NCBI GenBank assembly: GCA_965248355.1
Contig: OZ252098.1
Coordinates: 2,496,001 to 2,560,000 of the forward strand
Direction of reading: 5' to 3'
DNA: 64,000 bases
DNA from: Candidatus Latescibacterota bacterium
Lineage (GTDB): Bacteria > Latescibacterota > UBA2968 > UBA8231
The notes under the pieces were generated by a model. That model saw only the letters and a list, made by a program, of their open reading frames with translations, ran no database searches and had not been told where the DNA came from. Both the position numbers and the translations under genes were made by a program. Within the stretch, counting starts at the first letter, position 1, and the number at the start of each line of letters is the position of its first letter. Of the stretch, positions 58,861-64,000 are shown one piece after another.

Positions 58861-59934
58861 TCATCGCTCGGGCCGGGGCTGCGAGACCCGCCAGCTGATC
58901 TCGGGCAGATCCCGGGTCACCTCCGCGAGCCGGGCCAGCTCGTCGCCCGAGAGCGGTCCCTCTTCGGCTGCGGACACGTTCTCCTCGATCTCGGCGATGC
59001 TGCGGATCCCGGAGACGATGGACGAGACCGCCGGGTTGGACAGGGCGAAGCGGATGCCGAGGCGGCGCAGGTCGGAGCCGCTGCCCCCGGCGAAGTCCTG
59101 GAGCCTGCGGGCGCCCTCGAGGATCCGTCGGGTCTCGTGCAGACCCGGGTCGCCCACCTCGTAGAAGCGCTCGATCGCGGTCAGGGACTGGCAGGCCGCG
59201 TCTCCCGAGAGCAGGCCGCCGTGGAAGACGCCGGCGAGCAGCACTCCCAGGTTCTGCTCCGCCGCCAGGGGCAGAAACTCCTTTGCCGCGTCCCGGACCA
59301 GCAGGTTGTGGGTGTTGTAGGTCAGGGTCACGTCGAACAAGCCCGTGCGGGCGGCCTCGGTGAGCTGGGGCAGCATGCCGCTGACCCCGTGAAACCGGAT
59401 CTTGCCCGCCGCCTTGAGGCGCTCCAGGGCCTCGACCATTCCGGAGCGGATGATCCGCTCCACGGCGCGCGGCCCCTCGCCGTACTGGTCGACGCTGTGG
59501 ATGAGGAGGAGGTCGATCTCGTCGATCTGCAGCCGGGCGAGGCTGGCTTCGGCCTGGGCGGCGATCTCCTCGCTCCGCAGGGCCTCGCCGCCGCCCATGC
59601 TGCCGCAGACGCCGGTCTTGGTGCAGACCACCCAGTTCCTGCGGCGGGCGGGGTCCCGCAGGTAATGGCCGAAGATCTCCTCGCTGCGCCCGTAGGAGGG
59701 GGCTGTATCGAGGAGGTTCACGCCCAGGTCCTCGGCCCGGACCATGGTGCGGGCGAACCCCTCGGGTGCGACCTCGAAGTGCGGGTTGCCGCGGTACGAG
59801 CCCGTGGGCCGGCCCGCGTCGCGGGGAGAGGTGCCGTCGGCGGCGACCGGTCCGTACTTGCCCATGGGCCCGATGCCCCCGATGGCGATCTCGCTGACCT
59901 TCAGGCCGGTCCGGCCCAGTACTCGCTGTCGCAT
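58861..59934 (-). CDS. aldo/keto reductase
   Basis: LGRTGLKVSEI, DTAPSYG.SE, TK, SLARLQ...DLLLIH, GKIRFHGVS. Confidence 0.92.
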   Translation of the reverse strand: MRQRVLGRTGLKVSEIAIGGIGPMGKYGPVAADGTSPRDAGRPTGSYRGNPHFEVAPEGFARTMVRAEDLGVNLLDTAPSYGRSEEIFGHYLRDPARRRNWVVCTKTGVCGSMGGGEALRSEEIAAQAEASLARLQIDEIDLLLIHSVDQYGEGPRAVERIIRSGMVEALERLKAAGKIRFHGVSGMLPQLTEAARTGLFDVTLTYNTHNLLVRDAAKEFLPLAAEQNLGVLLAGVFHGGLLSGDAACQSLTAIERFYEVGDPGLHETRRILEGARRLQDFAGGSGSDLRRLGIRFALSNPAVSSIVSGIRSIAEIEENVSAAEEGPLSGDELARLAEVTRDLPEISWRVSQPRPER

Positions 59935-60163
59935 TTGGAATTCCCCTGGAGTCGCGTCGGAACCACCGCCAGCATCGAGAGCGCGGCCTCCCGCGACGGC
60001 TCCCGGCATACGCAACGTCCCCCCGCCGGGGAGGCGCAAACCTCAGCCGGGAGGACGGCGGCCTCAGCACCCGGAAGTCGCTGCCGCCCCTGTGCCCAGG
60101 CCGTCCCGCCCGAATCGCAGCCGGCCCTGTCGCTCCGCGACCCCGGGGCACAACTTAGCCGGG

Positions 60164-60745
60164 ATGAAGAACAAGAGCCTGCAGGCCATCCTCTTCGACA
60201 TGGACGGCACCCTGACCGTACCGCACATCGACTGGAAGTCCCTGCGCGCCCGCGTCGGCGTGCCCGAGGGCACCGCCATCATGGAGCACATCTACCAGCT
60301 CTCCGCTGAAGAGGCCCGCCGCGCCGAAGGCATGGTCCGCGAGACCGAGTTGGAGGCGGCCGTGGCCGCGGTCCCCAACGAGGGGCTGGCGGAGCTGTTC
60401 GAGGGGCTGGACCGCTCGCCCCTGAGGCGCGCCTTGATCACCAACAACCACCGCGGGGCCATGGATCTGGTGGTGGCCGCCTTCGGCCTGCGCTTCGACG
60501 TGATGCTCTGCCGGGAGGACGGACTGCTGAAGCCGGCCCCGGACCTGCTGAGGCTGGCCCTCGAGCGGCTCGGTGTGGCCGCCGGCGAGGCGGTCTTCGT
60601 CGGCGACGGGCGCTACGACCGCATGGCCTCGGAGGCGGCGGGCGTCCCCTACGTGCATCTGGACAACCACGGGGACGGCGGCGGCGATCCCGTGATCTAC
60701 TCGCTGCCGGAGCTGCTGCCGGCGCTCGGCGTCGCTCCCGGCTGA
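60164..60745 (+). CDS. HAD-family hydrolase
   Basis: FDMDGTL, TNN, KPAPD, VGDGRYD. Confidence 0.9.
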   Translation: MKNKSLQAILFDMDGTLTVPHIDWKSLRARVGVPEGTAIMEHIYQLSAEEARRAEGMVRETELEAAVAAVPNEGLAELFEGLDRSPLRRALITNNHRGAMDLVVAAFGLRFDVMLCREDGLLKPAPDLLRLALERLGVAAGEAVFVGDGRYDRMASEAAGVPYVHLDNHGDGGGDPVIYSLPELLPALGVAPG

Positions 60746-62283
60746 GCGGCGGCGGTGCGGGCGTCGAGGAGCTGCTTCATGCCCACTGACGCCATCAGGA
60801 TCACTTCCCAGGTGATGGAGTCGGCCACGAGGTCGTCCACGCCGTGCCCCGAAGGAGGCCGGTAGCGCACCATTCCCCCCCACAGGACGTCGTCCCGCAG
60901 GCTCTGCACGTAGACGGCGATTATCAACGTCAATTCAAACTCCTCCACTCGCCAGATCAGCCGCCACTCCGGGGGTTCGGTAGCCGCCAGGACCCCGGCC
61001 GTCTGCAGCTTCTTCTTCAGGTAGGTGTCGATCAAGTGCGTGGAGAGGGGACCGAGCCATGGCCCGCCCGTTTCGGGATCGATCCCCGGGTCCAGGTCCT
61101 CCACCAGAAGGCGCAGCGCCGCGGGACCTCCAGGCGGCACGGGGGCGTGCTCGAAGACCGATGTCCGCACCAGCTCCGGCTCCCAGGAGACGGGCTCCGG
61201 AACCTCGAACGGGTCCGCCGTCAGGCCCGTGTTCAACTCCGTGTGCCAGCGGTAGCGGGTGATCAAGGGGTCCCCGCAGTGAGGGTGAACGCGAACCCAG
61301 ACCTCGAGGGGGGTCAGCACACCCTGGGTCTCCCGGTACTGCCGGTAGGTGGTCGTGCGGCAGGGCTCCACCTCGGCGTACAGCAGGCCGTCGTCCATGT
61401 CGAAGTAGGCGAGGCGCTGGCGGCCGAACTTCGTGTCGATGACGCGTACCGCCTCCAGGGTCGGGAAATGCAACTGCCGCCGGCCCACGTACTCCACGAC
61501 CACCCCGTCCCCGCGGAACCGCGTCAGGAAGTCCCAGCGCTCGGCGTTGTAGCTCTCGTCCCCGGGGGGCACGAGCAGTCCGTAATACAGGTACCAGCTC
61601 TGCCGGCCGTCGTGGCCGCGCGCCAGCCGGGGCCCGAGGTCCAGGCGGTAGCGCTGGCCGCGCAGGTAGGAGCGCACCCCGGACGGCACCCAGACCTGGC
61701 GTTCACCGTCCCACGTCTCGACCTGGATCCTCTTGTCCCGGATCGCCTGCAGCCGCTCGAGCCCCCCCATGGCCTCGATGGCGCGGGCGATGATCTCCCG
61801 GGCCCGGTTGCGCCGGCGGCCGGCCTCGGAGGTGATGTCCGCCAGCGGCAGCACCCGGATGCGGCGCCCCTGCAGCTCCACGAGCTTGCGGCGGTAGAGG
61901 TCGGTGAGGGCGCTCTCGTAGGAGACGGTGTCCACCGGCAGGAAAGCGGGACCCGGCCCGTCCTCGGCCTCCAGGGCCGGCTCGGGCGCGAGGCTCTCCA
62001 GGGCCACCTCCGGCGGCGCCACCGCCACCTCGGGCAGCTCTTCCATCAACTCGGCCAGCCGCAGCTGTTCCATCACCACTTCGGGCACCGTGGCGGGCGG
62101 CGCCGGCTCGAAGCGTTCCGGCTCGAGGGCCGGGGCCAGCTCGAAGCGCTCGGGCCGCAGCGCCCGAAGCACGGGCTCGGCCGCCCAGCGCTGATAGGCC
62201 CAGAGGAAGAGCATGTGCACCGCCAGCGAGGCCAGCAGGCATAGCAGCACGCGGCGGTTGCGGAGGGAGCGGATCATACGCAT
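60697..62283 (-). CDS. membrane-anchored protein, paralogue 1 (TonB-like anchor plus LolA-like domain)
   Basis: RRVLLCLLASLAVHMLFLW, Pro/Glu-rich linker, AREIIARAIEAMGGLERLQAI. Confidence 0.75.
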   Translation of the reverse strand: MRMIRSLRNRRVLLCLLASLAVHMLFLWAYQRWAAEPVLRALRPERFELAPALEPERFEPAPPATVPEVVMEQLRLAELMEELPEVAVAPPEVALESLAPEPALEAEDGPGPAFLPVDTVSYESALTDLYRRKLVELQGRRIRVLPLADITSEAGRRRNRAREIIARAIEAMGGLERLQAIRDKRIQVETWDGERQVWVPSGVRSYLRGQRYRLDLGPRLARGHDGRQSWYLYYGLLVPPGDESYNAERWDFLTRFRGDGVVVEYVGRRQLHFPTLEAVRVIDTKFGRQRLAYFDMDDGLLYAEVEPCRTTTYRQYRETQGVLTPLEVWVRVHPHCGDPLITRYRWHTELNTGLTADPFEVPEPVSWEPELVRTSVFEHAPVPPGGPAALRLLVEDLDPGIDPETGGPWLGPLSTHLIDTYLKKKLQTAGVLAATEPPEWRLIWRVEEFELTLIIAVYVQSLRDDVLWGGMVRYRPPSGHGVDDLVADSITWEVILMASVGMKQLLDARTAAAQPGATPSAGSSSGSE

Positions 62284-62341
62284 CCGGCCGGTTGCCGGCC
62301 CTTCCCGGCAGCAGCGGCGGCGACGGTGGCGGCCACGTGAT

Positions 62342-64000
62342 CTACTCGCTGCCGGAACTGCTGCCGGCGCTCGGAGTCGAGGCCGGCTGAGCGGCGGCCG
62401 CACGGGCGTCGAGGAGCTGCTTTATGCCCACCGAGGCCCGCGAGATCCCCTGGAAGGTCAGGTAATCGGCCATCTCGTCGTCGATGGGCGGGTGCCTGAG
62501 AACCTCCCAGCGATGCCGCACCTCACCCTCCCACAGGCCTTCGTCCGTCAGGCTCTGCACTCGCACGTCGATTCTGATCGTGGCCATCACCGGCGGGCCC
62601 CCACCCGGCGGCGTCACTACCCGGAACTCCTCCACCCGCCAGGTCAGCCGCCACTCCGGGGGATCGGTGCCTGCCAGGACGCCGGCCGCCTGCAGCTTCC
62701 TCTTCATGTAGGTGTCAATCAGGTGCATTTCCATGGATTCGAGCCACGGGCGGGGTTCGGGTCGCCATCCCCGGGTCGCAGTCAGGTCCTCGAGTCGGGC
62801 TCCTCGCCGCACTCTCGGTTGCTCAAGCGGATCGTCCTGCGGGCGGGGCGCCTGGGTAAGGTCCTCCACCTGAAGGCGCAGCGCGGCGGGACCTCCCGGC
62901 GGCACGGGAGCGTGCTCGAAGACCACGATCCGCACCGACTCCGGCTCCCAGGAGATTTGCTCCGGCACCTCGAACCGGTCCGGCGTCAGGCCCGTGTTCA
63001 GCTCCGTGTGCCAGCGGTACCCGCCGCCGGTCTCGAAGGGCGTCAGCACCCCCTGCGTCTCCCGGTACTCCTTGTACACGGTCGTGCGGCCGGACTCCAC
63101 CTCGGCATGCAGCAGGCTGTCGCCGACATCGAAATAGGCGAGCCGCTGGCGGCCGAACTTCGTGTCGATGACGCGCACCGCCTCCAGGGTGCGGAACCGC
63201 ATCTGCCGCCGGCCCACGTACTCCACGATCACGCCGTCGCCGCGGAACCGCGACAGGAAGTCCCAGCGCTCGGCGTTGTGCCTCTCGTCCCGGGGGGGCA
63301 GGAGCAGTCCGTACCGCAGGTACCAGCTCTGCCGGCCGTCGTACCCGCGGGCCTCGCCGGGACCGATGTCCAGGCGGTAGCGCTGGCCGCGCAGGTACGA
63401 GCGCACGGCGCCTGGCTCCCAGATCCGGCGCCGGGCGTTCCACCACTCGACCTCGATCCTCTTGTCCCGGATCGCCTGCAGCCGCTCGAGCCCGCCCATG
63501 GCCTCGATGGCTCGGGCGATGATCTCCCGGGCCCGGGTGCGCCGGCGCCCGGCCTCGGAGGTGGTGTCGGCCAGGGGCAGCACCCGGATGCGGCGCCCGT
63601 GCAGCTCCACGAGCTTGCGGCGGTAGAGGTCGGTGAGAGCGCTGTCGTAGGAGAGTGTGTCCCCCGGCAGGATGGCGGGTCCGAGCCGGGGATCGGCCTC
63701 CAGGCCCGGCTCCGGCGCGAGGCCCTCCACGGCCATCGATGGCGCCGCCACCGCGTCCTCGGGCAGGGCCGCCTCCACCATCATCTCGGCCAGGCGGAGC
63801 TGCTCCATCACCACTTCGGGCACCGTGGCGGGCGGCGCCGGCTCGAAGCGTTCCGGCTCGAGGGCCGGGGCCAGCTCGAAGCGCTCGGGCCGCAGCGCCC
63901 GAAGCACGGGCTCGGCCGCCCACCGCTGGTAGGCCCAGAGGAAGAGCATGTGCACCGCCAGCGAGGCCAGCAGGCACAGCAGCACGCGGCGGTTGCGGAG
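62342..64000 (-). CDS. membrane-anchored protein, paralogue 2 (start just beyond the window)
   Basis: Homologous to paralogue 1 throughout; frame open to the window edge. Confidence 0.75.
   Translation of the reverse strand, partial: LRNRRVLLCLLASLAVHMLFLWAYQRWAAEPVLRALRPERFELAPALEPERFEPAPPATVPEVVMEQLRLAEMMVEAALPEDAVAAPSMAVEGLAPEPGLEADPRLGPAILPGDTLSYDSALTDLYRRKLVELHGRRIRVLPLADTTSEAGRRRTRAREIIARAIEAMGGLERLQAIRDKRIEVEWWNARRRIWEPGAVRSYLRGQRYRLDIGPGEARGYDGRQSWYLRYGLLLPPRDERHNAERWDFLSRFRGDGVIVEYVGRRQMRFRTLEAVRVIDTKFGRQRLAYFDVGDSLLHAEVESGRTTVYKEYRETQGVLTPFETGGGYRWHTELNTGLTPDRFEVPEQISWEPESVRIVVFEHAPVPPGGPAALRLQVEDLTQAPRPQDDPLEQPRVRRGARLEDLTATRGWRPEPRPWLESMEMHLIDTYMKRKLQAAGVLAGTDPPEWRLTWRVEEFRVVTPPGGGPPVMATIRIDVRVQSLTDEGLWEGEVRHRWEVLRHPPIDDEMADYLTFQGISRASVGIKQLLDARAAAAQPASTPSAGSSSGSE

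Larger units (their letters stand above)
60672..64000. repeat. Diverged tandem duplication (unit about 1.65 kb)
   Basis: GTGATCTACTCGCTGCCGGA at ~60692 and ~62337; 5' coding ends nearly identical (62070-62265 vs 63805-64000). Confidence 0.9.

Noticed and set aside
60697..64000. DGR template/variable repeat pair
   Set aside because: Differences are not adenine-specific, include indels and span whole genes; no reverse transcriptase in the window
1..64000. CRISPR array, tRNA, rRNA
   Set aside because: No regularly spaced repeats, cloverleaf or rRNA signatures seen by eye

Overview
High-GC bacterial chromosomal window. The FlgD-Ig/'secretion C-terminal' protein, TonB receptors and many sugar oxidoreductases suggest an FCB-group candidate phylum such as Latescibacterota (inference only). 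1-14.2 kb is an accessory, IS-rich region. An ECF sigma operon is cut by a three-level nested insertion (IS630 > IS21 > IS66), with each junction and target duplication readable. A DUF433/PIN toxin-antitoxin pair is broken by ISAzo13. A lower-GC gene for a secreted metalloprotease/beta-helix/TPR/FlgD-Ig protein carries one in-frame TAG. An ISAzo13/IS5 chimera closes the region. 14.2-46.5 kb is mostly core metabolism: birA, proA, htpG, ddl, sugar catabolism, a TPP-riboswitch TonB receptor-thiN operon and a glycosylation cluster. One aldolase gene there appears to start at ATC. 46.6-57 kb is a lower-GC mosaic of decayed genes with an IS256, a lipoprotein/TonB pair, a tandem ClpX zinc-finger protein and uxuA. 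The window ends in two tandem paralogues with a TonB-like SxxxH anchor, each overlapping a copy of a HAD gene's 3' end. No CRISPR array, rRNA or tRNA was seen. No complete novel system can be established from the sequence alone; the best leads are the tandem TonB-anchor paralogues, the amber-interrupted exoprotein and the tandem zinc-finger protein.
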